Origin: a virus
Taxonomy: Duplodnaviria; Caudoviricetes
Length of the DNA: 64,000 nucleotides
Direction: 5' to 3' (one strand)
Virus record (IMG/VR): IMGVR_UViG_3300024058_000001
Span: 1 to 64,000 of that record
The notes beneath the pieces were generated by a model. That model was not told the origin of the DNA. It saw nothing but the letters and a program-made list of their open reading frames with translations, and searched no databases. Numbering within the stretch: the first letter of the stretch is position 1; each line of letters opens with the position of its first letter. The translations under genes and the position numbers were made by a program. Of the stretch, positions 50,859 to 60,669 are shown piece by piece.

Positions 50859-52504
50859 TATCCAAATGTATCCTGTGCGCGTTCTTCTCTACCTGCATTA
50901 GTGGCCTCTCGTCTTATATTGTTTAGTTTCGTATTAACAGCAGCCTGTGCTCCCTCTCTAGTTGCTTCTTTAATATCTTCTGATGATATACTAAGATTTA
51001 CTATTACATTAGATAAAGGTTTCAATGCTGCTTCGATTGCACCACCTAAAAAATCTCCAATTTCTGATCCAAGCTTTAATATACCGTCTAATCTTCCTTT
51101 AAATTTTGATAAGGATATATCAGCATCAGTAATCGCCCCGTCTACCGCAAGAAATTCGTCAAAGGATTTAGTAATAAGCTTATTTGATTCTAATTGTTGT
51201 TTAATTAAAGCAAAAAAATCTTCTCCAATTTGCTTAATAGCTTCTGTAGCAGTTAAGCCACCTTGTCTAAAATCCTTAAATTGTTGTGCGATATCTCCAA
51301 ATATTCCAGTTATACCATCTGCTCCCTTTTCTCGTTGTAGCTCTTTAAGTCTTTTTTGACGTTCTTTAAACGTATCTTCTTCTGTTTCTGTTGTTGCTCT
51401 TATTTCATCTCTTATACCCTGTTGAAAAAATCTAAATTGATTGCCGAATTCCAATTGCTCTGCTGTTAATGTTGAAAGTCCCGCACGTTGAGCTTGTAAT
51501 AATAGAGCATCTGCTTTTGTAACATCTCTAGCTAATTGTTGACGTTCTATACGGGTTTTCCCTAACCTTAATGATTGTAACTCTAATGCTTTATTAAAAT
51601 CAAATATTTTGCTAGTAGTAGAACCAATAGCATCATCAACATCTTGATTTTTAAATGCATTGACTAAAGCTTGTGCAATTCCAATAGTACCCTCACCTGA
51701 AATAAGTGCTTTTGTTGCTCCTTTTATTGCTCTTGTAAATTTAAGATTAATGACATTTGATGCTATAGCAATATCTGTAGTAAACTTATTGAAAGCAAGT
51801 CCAGTTTTACCTGTTTCTTTATCTAGTTCGTCTTGAACATTAGCTAAAATTTGTAATTTAGAAGCTAAAGTGTCAGTTTCATCTGCTGCTGCTCCACCAA
51901 ATTTTTCCGCTAATTTATCCAGCAATGTACCTTGACGAATTGCTGCCTTGATGTCTGCCCGTCTTAAGTCTGTTAATTGCAGAAGAACCCGAATATTACC
52001 TTTTTGAGCAAGATTTAATATGCGAGTTGTAGTAGTTAAATCTCGACCAGTTGCTGCAGCCACATCTTGTGCTACAATAACAGTTTTTTGTGCCTTTTCT
52101 AAGTCTCTCGTAGATTGCAACGCAATGGTAGTAGCTCGTTGTACATCTTGAACAGAAAATCTAGTGGTACGGGCCGTTTGTTCCGCACCACGTGTGATTA
52201 AAGCAGCACTCTTTTCGCTTTCTTCGCCCACTAATCGTAATTGTGTGCGTAATCGTACAAACGATGCTTCTGCAGATATTGCTTGTTGATTTGTTTTAGT
52301 AAATCCAACAGCAGCTTTTGCAATTGAAGAAACAAGAAAAATACCTGCAGCAATGCCTAGCGTTTGAGCACTAAACGCAATAGACGCAAGAACACCCGCA
52401 AGCTTTAGCCCTGTGCCAATTACACCTTTAAAACCAGCTTTTGCAGCGTTAAAGCCTGAAGCATCAAATTTTGATGAAATTCTAAAAAGTAAACTACTAG
52501 CCAT
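50858..52504 (-). CDS. Tail tape measure protein (548 aa)
   Basis: Ala-rich helical; AQDVAAATGRDL, KFGGAA motifs; follows frameshifted chaperone pair. Confidence 0.8.
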   Translation of the reverse strand: MASSLLFRISSKFDASGFNAAKAGFKGVIGTGLKLAGVLASIAFSAQTLGIAAGIFLVSSIAKAAVGFTKTNQQAISAEASFVRLRTQLRLVGEESEKSAALITRGAEQTARTTRFSVQDVQRATTIALQSTRDLEKAQKTVIVAQDVAAATGRDLTTTTRILNLAQKGNIRVLLQLTDLRRADIKAAIRQGTLLDKLAEKFGGAAADETDTLASKLQILANVQDELDKETGKTGLAFNKFTTDIAIASNVINLKFTRAIKGATKALISGEGTIGIAQALVNAFKNQDVDDAIGSTTSKIFDFNKALELQSLRLGKTRIERQQLARDVTKADALLLQAQRAGLSTLTAEQLEFGNQFRFFQQGIRDEIRATTETEEDTFKERQKRLKELQREKGADGITGIFGDIAQQFKDFRQGGLTATEAIKQIGEDFFALIKQQLESNKLITKSFDEFLAVDGAITDADISLSKFKGRLDGILKLGSEIGDFLGGAIEAALKPLSNVIVNLSISSEDIKEATREGAQAAVNTKLNNIRREATNAGREERAQDTFG

Positions 52505-52733
52505 TTGCTATCCTGTAAGTGGTTCTTCCTTTTCTTGAATTTGACGGAATATTCTCCATCTGTTTTTCTACGGTGCGTACTGCTTCTTTGTTTTGTTCTG
52601 CTAACATAGCAGTTAAAACACGCATTTGTTCAGTTGTTAAATCGTCTGTATATTCCGTTTTAAATACTTTGTATCTATAGGAGTTTGCCACGTGAAACGG
52701 AGCTAAAAAGTATGGACTCCTTATTAGTTTTTT
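52497..52733 (-). CDS. Tail assembly chaperone, -1 frameshift extension (gpGT-like)
   Basis: -1 frame from A AAA AAC at 52733-52727 is open into ORF 52497-52691. Confidence 0.75.
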   Translation of the reverse strand, partial: KKLIRSPYFLAPFHVANSYRYKVFKTEYTDDLTTEQMRVLTAMLAEQNKEAVRTVEKQMENIPSNSRKGRTTYRIANG

Positions 52734-53290
52734 ACTTCTTCATCCGTTAATACAAAATACTTTTCCCATCTATTATACAGATCAAAAATAGTCAATTCAT
52801 CTATTTGAGCGATTTCTTCTAAAGATTTAAAGTACCGAATCGTTTTATCATTTTTTTGTTTCAAGGCACAAAAAACCGTCATATATCGTTCTTCAGCAGC
52901 TATGCGAATTAATTGCACATCAGGATCAAATTTATATCGACTGAAATGCACAATTGCTTCAGTAATAGCAGCCTTGACATCATTTAAATCACGCCAAGTC
53001 ATAGGAAGTAAAATACCTTCTATTTTATCTTTCTCAAATTCTGCTAGTTGTTCTTCAGCAAATTGCTTTTTTTCGTTAAGGATTTTAATTTGTTTTTCGT
53101 CCTTAACTTCGCTTAACTGCTCGTCTATGCGTATAGCATTATCTTGCAATGTTTCGACGGACGATGTATGACGGTAAACACTAACCTCCAACGGAGGATT
53201 GTTTAATTTTTGATACGCTTTTGTTGCAACCTTCTCTTTAACTAAACTATCTACTAATTTCTTAGAATTAACTTTTTCTTCAGTATTCAT
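52724..53290 (-). CDS. Tail assembly chaperone (gpG-like)
   Basis: Between tail tube and tape measure; ends GTA AAA AAC TAA. Confidence 0.8.
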   Translation of the reverse strand: MNTEEKVNSKKLVDSLVKEKVATKAYQKLNNPPLEVSVYRHTSSVETLQDNAIRIDEQLSEVKDEKQIKILNEKKQFAEEQLAEFEKDKIEGILLPMTWRDLNDVKAAITEAIVHFSRYKFDPDVQLIRIAAEERYMTVFCALKQKNDKTIRYFKSLEEIAQIDELTIFDLYNRWEKYFVLTDEEVKN

Positions 53291-53310
53291 TGTAGCCTCC
53301 CGATTTATTT

Positions 53311-53356
53311 TGAAGGGGGGAATAGCAAGGCAATTAGCCCTGCTATGCCCCTTCAG
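53311..53356 (-). terminator. Stem-loop downstream of major tail gene
   Basis: GAAGGGG.ATAGCAGGGC-loop-GCCTTGCTAT..CCCCTTC; no U-tract on the coding strand, so possibly an mRNA stabiliser. Confidence 0.5.
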
Positions 53357-53375
53357 TATGTATACTGATTATTTT

Positions 53376-54137
53376 TTAAGAATCAATATATGTAGTAAAA
53401 GCTTCAAAAACGTCATCTGTAGAAAAATCAGCTTCAGGAATTGTAATAGTACTACCTACTAAAGTAGCATTATCAAATTTGTCACCATTTTTCAATACAA
53501 GAATTAACGCTTTGCCATTTAAATCTGCATCCGCAGCTTCAACAGCCTGTGGAGTATTGTCTGTATCTGCCTCAAAATTACCTGACACAAGTGCAGCAAC
53601 TTTATCAGCTTGTGAATTTGAATTGCCTTGAGCAAAAGCACTAGAACCTGATCTCAAAAGTCGACTATATTCTAAAGCCACACCTTTAAGTCTTAGTACG
53701 TTTGTAGACGTACCATCACGGGTAATAGCACCTTCTTCTCTTACAGGTTCACCTGTAGCAGAACCTCTAATCCTTGTAAACTTACAAAGAACCGACTGAA
53801 AAATAACACTATCAGAAGGTCTACGAATATTTAACATAATCGTAATTTCTTTATAATTAGCAGGATCATCCACTGTAGCAACTGCACTTGGATCTAAATC
53901 ATTAATAGACGTATCCACTAGTTTACTATCAGTATCAAAATAATTAAAACTAATTTCTACGCCATCAAAATTTGTCACAATAGCAACTGCTTCGGCTGAA
54001 TCAAATTCAAAAATTCTTCGTTCATCAAATGCTGGAGTATAGTCAAAATTCTGCGCCAACGGCACACGAACTGCACCATGACTCTGACTTACTAATTCCA
54101 GCAGTGTATTTGTTCCAACAACTGTTTCAATGCCCAT
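53376..54137 (-). CDS. Major tail tube protein (putative)
   Basis: Synteny (terminator - tube - chaperones - TMP), acidic, strong RBS, downstream hairpin. Confidence 0.7.
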   Translation of the reverse strand: MGIETVVGTNTLLELVSQSHGAVRVPLAQNFDYTPAFDERRIFEFDSAEAVAIVTNFDGVEISFNYFDTDSKLVDTSINDLDPSAVATVDDPANYKEITIMLNIRRPSDSVIFQSVLCKFTRIRGSATGEPVREEGAITRDGTSTNVLRLKGVALEYSRLLRSGSSAFAQGNSNSQADKVAALVSGNFEADTDNTPQAVEAADADLNGKALILVLKNGDKFDNATLVGSTITIPEADFSTDDVFEAFTTYIDS

Positions 54138-54152
54138 TTATTTCACCATCCT

Positions 54153-54785
54153 TTAATTTATCTCTGTATCTGAGTTTAGATTTTGTGTTACGTTTAACTG
54201 TTGACCTAATTCGTTCCAAAACACTCTAATCAGGAGTATGTATCTTTTTACATTTTGGTTTTCTTGATCTACAATAAACTTTTCGTTAATTGAGTTACTT
54301 TCTTTATCAAGCTCTATAAACCCTATTACGGGTTTATTAGGATTGCTATAATCCCTTAATTGAATTGTCGACACATCGGGAGTACTAGTGTGACCAGCAT
54401 TTGTAAGTGCAAAAATAACTCTATCACGCAAATTTCTTACTACGCGAGTTGAACCTGTAAATGTTTCACTATCTTGCGAAATACAGGTTATTTCAATAAG
54501 TGTTTGATTACGAACACCAAAAATTGGAGAGCCATCGGGAGAATGACCAATCAATTTATCAAACGCTCGTTCCCCTAAGTTAAATAATCCTCTTTCTGTT
54601 GTGCTAATTGCAGGAAACTGTTGGGGAGCAATTGGATAGTCGAACACCCAAAAAAATTCTTCGCCACTGGGTAATGGTGGACTACCCAAATGCCCTCCGT
54701 CTATATTTTCAATAAGCCAATTGTTAAAAGAGGCCATCAGGTTTTCTTTTCCTGAACTATGTACGAAACCTTTTGGAACTGGCAT
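54153..54785 (-). CDS. Tail terminator / completion protein (putative)
   Basis: Synteny; FPAIS motif. Confidence 0.55.
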   Translation of the reverse strand: MPVPKGFVHSSGKENLMASFNNWLIENIDGGHLGSPPLPSGEEFFWVFDYPIAPQQFPAISTTERGLFNLGERAFDKLIGHSPDGSPIFGVRNQTLIEITCISQDSETFTGSTRVVRNLRDRVIFALTNAGHTSTPDVSTIQLRDYSNPNKPVIGFIELDKESNSINEKFIVDQENQNVKRYILLIRVFWNELGQQLNVTQNLNSDTEIN

Positions 54786-55396
54786 TATATGTCAATCTCC
54801 GTAACCTTTGGAGGGCGCACAACTTTTCCCTCTTTTTCCATCTTCTTTAACCATTCTCCATAAAATTTAGTAAACCATAATTCCCCTGCATAACGTGCTC
54901 TTGTAGTAAAATGTACACCTTTACCAAAATCCATTGCATCTTTATATGGTACTTGATTATCAACTGCTATCTCTTGTACTGCAGGAGTTTTATCTTCTGC
55001 AACACTAGATGCTTTCCCTTCTGCAACCGAACTTGCACTAAAATGATATTCTTTATGATAAGGAGTTTTATTGGATTTTTTAAATGGATCATATAACGAT
55101 GTATCTTTAATTTGTCTACTATAATCTATTGTGTATTTATCTAAAATAGCAGTCCAACCACCGCGCAATTTTCCTGTATCCATAGGAGTTACTCTTATTA
55201 AATATTTATGTATTTCAAATACTAAATTTCTGTATAATTCTAAATTATATTTAGAAAATCTTTTAATAGATTTTTCAATTTCTTTTGTTTCTTTAATGTT
55301 CTCTATAGTAAGAGTAACTTTAAGGGGGCCACTTCTTTGTCTAGAACGTTGTTCCGCTTCTGATTTTATATTTACACCAAAAACTGTTTCACCCAT
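54785..55396 (-). CDS. HK97 gp10-like neck / tail completion protein
   Basis: TPMDTGKLRGGW, N.VPY motifs. Confidence 0.7.
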   Translation of the reverse strand: MGETVFGVNIKSEAEQRSRQRSGPLKVTLTIENIKETKEIEKSIKRFSKYNLELYRNLVFEIHKYLIRVTPMDTGKLRGGWTAILDKYTIDYSRQIKDTSLYDPFKKSNKTPYHKEYHFSASSVAEGKASSVAEDKTPAVQEIAVDNQVPYKDAMDFGKGVHFTTRARYAGELWFTKFYGEWLKKMEKEGKVVRPPKVTEIDI

Positions 55397-55827
55397 TATG
55401 CATTCCCCACTTTTCTAAATATATATCCAAATAAAACTTCTTTACCTATAATTGAATGAGTATGAGATTTACCTACTATACGATATTCATGCTTTTCATA
55501 AATAATTCTATCGCCTTCACTTTGCCCGCCAATTTGCTCAGTAGTATCTATAATATTAAGTTTTTCTGTAAGAGTAACAGAAATATCGCCTAATTGATAA
55601 AGTCCACCAGAATATAATACATCTTGTTGACTAACACTATTAATAACTGCTTTTGCAGGTTTTCTACTAAATCCTAGCTTGGGTTGTATTCCTCTTGCAG
55701 GATCGCCTGGATCAGCTATACCAGTAAACTTTTTAATGATAATAGGCTCTCCATAAGGTACATTAGTACTTGCTAATGCATCATCAATAAATTTCCTATC
55801 TTTATCACTAAACTGTTCACCAGCCAT
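55396..55827 (-). CDS. Head-closure (stopper) protein (putative)
   Basis: GG.Y..GD, DRI.Y....YRIV; synteny. Confidence 0.6.
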   Translation of the reverse strand: MAGEQFSDKDRKFIDDALASTNVPYGEPIIIKKFTGIADPGDPARGIQPKLGFSRKPAKAVINSVSQQDVLYSGGLYQLGDISVTLTEKLNIIDTTEQIGGQSEGDRIIYEKHEYRIVGKSHTHSIIGKEVLFGYIFRKVGNA

Positions 55828-55829
55828 AT

Positions 55830-56600
55830 TTAAACCTTCTCATCTGTTTCAGGTTGTTGATATTCTTCTTCTTCTTTTTTTTCTTCTTTTTTTGGTTCTT
55901 TAGGATCGTTTTTTCTAATTTCATCTTTCCTTGTAAGCATAGTTTTTTTAGTCTCCCTAATTTTTTGTTCTAATGCAACTCTATCTCCGCCAGTAGTTTT
56001 TAATCTTTCATTAGATAACATTTCTTGTTCTTCTGCATATTTACTGGATATAGCTGACGATTTAATAGCATTTCCATCATATTGATAATTGCAACAATTA
56101 TTCCAATCAACATCATCTGTAATAATTTTGCAAGTACTTGGTTGTTGAAATCTTATACAACGTATGCATCCAAAACCTTCATCTCTCTCATCGTATCCAG
56201 CTTCTTCTTTTAATAATCTAAAAGGATTTGTTTGACTAGGTTTTGCATTTGGCCCCGTCATACGTAATTGACAAGTACCTTCTGGTTCTATATGTCCTAG
56301 AACATTAGTGCATTCGCCTGTTTCTGGAATGTACATACTACAAGTTACACATTGATATTTTCCTTCTATATCATCTGTAACTAAGACAACCATTTTGCCA
56401 TCGCCTAACATAATATTTCTTTTTTCAATTGCTTTTTCAAACTCTTCTTTTAAAATAGATACTGATTCATTCTTAACAAACAAATGGACAAATCTTCTAC
56501 CACCATCTGTTACTGTTGTACCTTTTCTAATTGTGTTTAATTGTTCTTCCGTAACATCAATACGATAACCTTTAATTATAACTGAATATATTTTGCTCAT
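55830..56600 (-). CDS. Protein with two HiPIP-like Cys4 motifs
   Basis: CVTC...C..V.G.I.P.GTC and CIRC..F..P..C..I...V....CC. Confidence 0.5.
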   Translation of the reverse strand: MSKIYSVIIKGYRIDVTEEQLNTIRKGTTVTDGGRRFVHLFVKNESVSILKEEFEKAIEKRNIMLGDGKMVVLVTDDIEGKYQCVTCSMYIPETGECTNVLGHIEPEGTCQLRMTGPNAKPSQTNPFRLLKEEAGYDERDEGFGCIRCIRFQQPSTCKIITDDVDWNNCCNYQYDGNAIKSSAISSKYAEEQEMLSNERLKTTGGDRVALEQKIRETKKTMLTRKDEIRKNDPKEPKKEEKKEEEEYQQPETDEKV

Positions 56601-57346
56601 TAGCTTATCTCCGCATCAGATAATATTGCTTGAATAGTTTGTTCACCTATAAATGCATCGTTTGATATTGTTTCAATATTTATTATCTTAGGTAAAATTC
56701 GATTAGTCTTATTGTAATGCCGAAGCATTTGTAAATCAGATAATAATTGTGCTTCATTATCTTGAATTATTTGATTTGTTTGACTAACAATATTAGATTT
56801 ATTAATTGTACGTCCACCAACACTTACACTAAAGAAATCTTTTGATTCTAAAATTAAAGCTCTTAGTACATTAGTATAAAAACGTTTACAAATAGCAGGT
56901 CTATAATCTTCAGGAATATTATCTTGATCAACAGGTCTATATATTAAAACTGATATTTCACTAGCAGAATGACTAGCTATTTGGAATAACTGTGGATCAG
57001 TAAAAGGAAAGAATGTATATGTTGCTATCAAGGATTCATCGGTAGTTAGTGGAGTAAGTAATACAACACGTCCACCAATAAAATCAATAATATAATCATC
57101 TGTTTCAAATAGCAATTCTGATACACCAGTAATATTATTAAGTTTCTTTATCTTTGGTTTGGGAACAGCTTGCCAGTTACCGTTCTTTGCATCAAAAACA
57201 CCATTAGATGAATCAAACGGACATAATTCTTCGTCCACTACGCTACATAACAGTTTAGTTAATAGCACATCTTTACACAATTGTGTAATCTCTGTTATAT
57301 CATCAGGAATTGCTATTGATGGATCTAAAAAGATAACGTCAGACAT
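56600..57346 (-). CDS. Head-tail adaptor / neck protein (putative)
   Basis: Synteny; DY.ID...G.V domain; FSVSVGG..I.K. Confidence 0.55.
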   Translation of the reverse strand: MSDVIFLDPSIAIPDDITEITQLCKDVLLTKLLCSVVDEELCPFDSSNGVFDAKNGNWQAVPKPKIKKLNNITGVSELLFETDDYIIDFIGGRVVLLTPLTTDESLIATYTFFPFTDPQLFQIASHSASEISVLIYRPVDQDNIPEDYRPAICKRFYTNVLRALILESKDFFSVSVGGRTINKSNIVSQTNQIIQDNEAQLLSDLQMLRHYNKTNRILPKIINIETISNDAFIGEQTIQAILSDAEIS

Positions 57347-57356
57347 TTGTTACTCC

Positions 57357-57938
57357 TTAATTTCCTATGACGTTGTGTGTTCCGTTAGCGAACACCACAA
57401 GATCATGTGTTTCTCTAATAATACCTGTCTTAAAAAATTCTATTAAATACAATGCAGCATCTAAAAACACAGTTGCATTCCCTGAAGCATCTGTTTGTGC
57501 AACAGCAATAGCAACTGCAGGATTGGATTTGTCAAATATTCTAATTTGAGCATTGGGAATAGGAACAAGTGTAACTGAATTCTTTACAGTTACTGTAACT
57601 GCAAATGCTCCAGAACCTGTCGTACCATCAACTGGCACAACTCTGTATTCTTCTGTTGCCACAGTTGGAATTCCATCTATAGTAGTATTAAACGTAGTTA
57701 AATATTTTGTAAAAGATGCATTAGATGCAATAGGAAATTTAAAAAACCACCTGTTAGTGGCACCAATTCTAGTCATAGCAGTTGATGCTAAATCTTCTTC
57801 TTCAGGCCCCCCATTAATATGAGAGATCCTAACAGTAGGCGTAGTATAATCTGCAGGAAATGTTGGTTCACTTCCTGACAGTCTTAGCACTGTTAAGAGT
57901 ATAGTATTTTCTTGACTTTGATTAAATTCAAATCCCAT
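57357..57938 (-). CDS. Virion protein with Ig/transthyretin-like C-domain
   Basis: PIPNAQIRI...TDASGNA...L...Y. Confidence 0.55.
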   Translation of the reverse strand: MGFEFNQSQENTILLTVLRLSGSEPTFPADYTTPTVRISHINGGPEEEDLASTAMTRIGATNRWFFKFPIASNASFTKYLTTFNTTIDGIPTVATEEYRVVPVDGTTGSGAFAVTVTVKNSVTLVPIPNAQIRIFDKSNPAVAIAVAQTDASGNATVFLDAALYLIEFFKTGIIRETHDLVVFANGTHNVIGN

Positions 57939-57960
57939 TAGTTATCACCTTTACTTTATT

Positions 57961-58392
57961 TTAGACTATTTCTGCTCCAGCTTGAATAAACTTAAATTTG
58001 CTAATATCATCTAGTACACATTGATGCTTGATCAAATCAGCAAGGGTAGTTGCGTCTATAACACCCTGTTTTGCTTCGTTAACGTATTGCTCTGTTAAAT
58101 CTTTAGCAATTTTTACAGGATTAGGTGCATTAGTATCAACCCATACAATTTCTTTTGATCCATCGTTCTTCTGTCTCCATTGTTCTCTATCTGTTCGATC
58201 TGTGGGGATATCGGCTAATTCCACATCTTCATATGGTAAATCCTTTTGGGGAGTACCGTCAATAGGATGATTTAACTTAGCTGTTTGTCTAGTCATTAAA
58301 TCTGCATCAGTTTCTCCTGGTAGTCTAGCTTTCTCTGCAAATTGGGTAATTAGCACTGATCCATCTGGTTTTTTAAATATGCGTATTTTCAT
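57961..58392 (-). CDS. Fibre-associated chaperone-like protein
   Basis: DG.V.I, IP.DR..R..W motif commonly following fibre genes. Confidence 0.5.
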   Translation of the reverse strand: MKIRIFKKPDGSVLITQFAEKARLPGETDADLMTRQTAKLNHPIDGTPQKDLPYEDVELADIPTDRTDREQWRQKNDGSKEIVWVDTNAPNPVKIAKDLTEQYVNEAKQGVIDATTLADLIKHQCVLDDISKFKFIQAGAEIV

Positions 58393-58414
58393 AAATACTC
58401 CTTTTTAATGTTTA

Positions 58415-59746
58415 TTAATGATTTCCTACAGCCATTACACCAACGTTATCTCTGTCTGATTCACTACCATTATTGTCACGAATTGAAACATCTACACTAT
58501 CTGTAAATATGCCAAACCCTCCGGTACTATCAATAGTAACATAACCAACAGCCTTTCCTGTTCCAGCTATTACGTAATTTGCATCAGCAAAATCAATGTC
58601 CCAGTTTATTGTAGCTTCCCCTGTTCCTCTGTCCGTTATACTAGATACATTATAACTATCTACTAAAGTTGCTGTACCTGATGCTTGATCGTAATGAATC
58701 CATCCTTGTATTAACTGCTTTGCAACTGATTCATATGGATGTTGTGCATACGATATTGCTGTATCACCGTCTACTATACACATACCATCAAAGTAAACAG
58801 TTGTAGTATTTCCATCATTTGTCAATCGTAGGTTTATATTCGTCGCAGATGCATCAATAGTACGTGTCACAGAAATAAATTCCCATGCACCGCCACCAGT
58901 ATGATACGGAGAATTTGAACTTCCTCCACTATCACCTAATAATAAACGTCCTGCATTTGCAGCAGTTGCTCTTATCCAACACGAAAAAGTTAGATCACGA
59001 CCTCTGAAAATCGTGTTCTCCGAAGTAGTAATAACGGGTATAAAAAAACGACTTAGAGAGTTCCCACTTGCATCTGATAGCAACGCAAGAGAAAATTCAC
59101 CAAATAGAACATTCCCTGCACCAGATTCCTGAGAAACTGATCCACCATCAAGCAACGTCCACGCATTAAGCGCATCTGGTGGAACACTTGTCCCATTTCC
59201 CCATTGACTGAAATTTCCGTTTTCTATTAAATTTGTAAATTGTTGGGTTTCTCCACCTGATAATCCCGCAGCAGGTGCATCTTTAAATATTGCATTACCT
59301 GTGCCAGTGTCTTTTGTTAATATTTGTTCATTAGTAGCACCAGCTACATCTGTAATCTTATTTACTGCTGTTTGTCTAGCATCGTTTATCCAAACTGATC
59401 CGTTAAATCTTAAGAAATCATCAGTAGTAACGGATGTTAGAGTAACATCAGATAAGTCATTAAATGCTGACGCACCTGATACATCAATAGTAACTACACC
59501 TCCACCATCATCTGTTAGCTTTCCGTTTGTAACATTAATTGTAGTGACATTCGATACATTTGGTGCGCCGTCTGTCTCTTTAACTGTTAATGGTGTTCCA
59601 GTAAGATCAAGTGATACTTGTCCCCCACTTTGATCCGTAAGCTTCCCGTTAGTTACACGAATAACCGAAACATTGCTTACTACAGGACTGCCATCTTCTT
59701 CTCTTACTGTAACAAATTGTGTTGAACCTGTAAAACCTTGTGACAT
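58415..59746 (-). CDS. Fibre protein with carbohydrate-binding-like domain
   Basis: Tandem V.E.DG.P.VSNV repeats, DLSDV, NLIENGNF jelly-roll, SYNVSSITD.GTG fibre C-terminus. Confidence 0.65.
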   Translation of the reverse strand: MSQGFTGSTQFVTVREEDGSPVVSNVSVIRVTNGKLTDQSGGQVSLDLTGTPLTVKETDGAPNVSNVTTINVTNGKLTDDGGGVVTIDVSGASAFNDLSDVTLTSVTTDDFLRFNGSVWINDARQTAVNKITDVAGATNEQILTKDTGTGNAIFKDAPAAGLSGGETQQFTNLIENGNFSQWGNGTSVPPDALNAWTLLDGGSVSQESGAGNVLFGEFSLALLSDASGNSLSRFFIPVITTSENTIFRGRDLTFSCWIRATAANAGRLLLGDSGGSSNSPYHTGGGAWEFISVTRTIDASATNINLRLTNDGNTTTVYFDGMCIVDGDTAISYAQHPYESVAKQLIQGWIHYDQASGTATLVDSYNVSSITDRGTGEATINWDIDFADANYVIAGTGKAVGYVTIDSTGGFGIFTDSVDVSIRDNNGSESDRDNVGVMAVGNH

Positions 59747-59767
59747 GATTTATCTCTCCAATTTTGT

Positions 59768-59923
59768 CTATTTATTAAGACCTAGAATTTTTTCAAGAAT
59801 TTCCAAACGAGCACGTATATCTTGACTTAAATCTGAATTTTTATCAATAACATCATATGCAATTTGAGCTTCAGTTTGAATTTGTTGTATTGTTTTTTTA
59901 TTTGTAATCTTTTTAATAGTCAT
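59768..59923 (-). CDS. Small coiled-coil protein (51 aa)
   Basis: Manual translation MTIKKITNKK...ARLEILEKILGLNK. Confidence 0.5.
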   Translation of the reverse strand: MTIKKITNKKTIQQIQTEAQIAYDVIDKNSDLSQDIRARLEILEKILGLNK

Positions 59924-59937
59924 AATTATACTCCAGT

Positions 59938-60267
59938 TTAAGTAACTTCTACTCCAAATAAATTAAAAGATAGAGTAGCCAAAGTTGCTAATACTCTAAC
60001 AACATCGGTTGCTGCCAAAGTAATTCCTAATGTAGCAGTAAACGTCTCATTACCAGGAATTGCAATATCGTAATAAATATACTGTTCATCTGAATCTACT
60101 GCTCCAGCAACTGCTATAGAAATTCTAAAAGACGTAGCAGTAGAACTACGATTTGCAACTGTTATTGAACTTCCTGTAACAGATGTACTACCAGGCACTG
60201 TATAAATATCTGTAAGCGTAGCTGCCAAAGGGTTTGATTGTCCTAAAACTTTAAGTGTGTCAGCCAT
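59938..60267 (-). CDS. Small virion protein
   Basis: KVLGQS.P, YTVP, SI.V.N, LGITL...D, SFN.FG.E. Confidence 0.65.
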   Translation of the reverse strand: MADTLKVLGQSNPLAATLTDIYTVPGSTSVTGSSITVANRSSTATSFRISIAVAGAVDSDEQYIYYDIAIPGNETFTATLGITLAATDVVRVLATLATLSFNLFGVEVT

Positions 60268-60268
60268 A

Positions 60269-60664
60269 TTATCCTCCCATTGTTAGAAATAGTCTTCCAA
60301 AACTTGCAGGTGCTGCCACAGGAGTATCACTAGTTCCTGTATTAATCCATACACGTTTATCAGTAACACTAGAAATAGATCCACCTGATGTAACAACCTC
60401 TGCAATAGGAATCCGTCCAGACGTAAAGCCTGATGTATTAGTCGAAGCAACTCCAACAGACGTTATCTCCACAAAATTTGTAGTATTATTAGTTAATACA
60501 ACATTTTGAGAAGACGCATTTGTAATAACATTGTCATCACGTATACGGCCAGCTTTAACAGTTAAATTTAAACCTGATGCAGCTAGGGGCCCAAAGTCTC
60601 TAAGATCATCAATTAAAACATCTAAATCTCTAATTTGTCCTGAACGAACTTCTGTACGTGCCAT
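60269..60664 (-). CDS. Small virion protein, paralog of a domain in 61092-63257
   Basis: Shared AG..R.DNV...FVE...GFT.GRIP.AEV...I..V.D.R.W. Confidence 0.6.
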   Translation of the reverse strand: MARTEVRSGQIRDLDVLIDDLRDFGPLAASGLNLTVKAGRIRDDNVITNASSQNVVLTNNTTNFVEITSVGVASTNTSGFTSGRIPIAEVVTSGGSISSVTDKRVWINTGTSDTPVAAPASFGRLFLTMGG

Positions 60665-60669
60665 TTATA

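Noticed and set aside
49295-54137. Contractile (myovirus) tail
   Set aside because: A baseplate-wedge-like motif is present but no sheath-sized gene lies next to the tube gene
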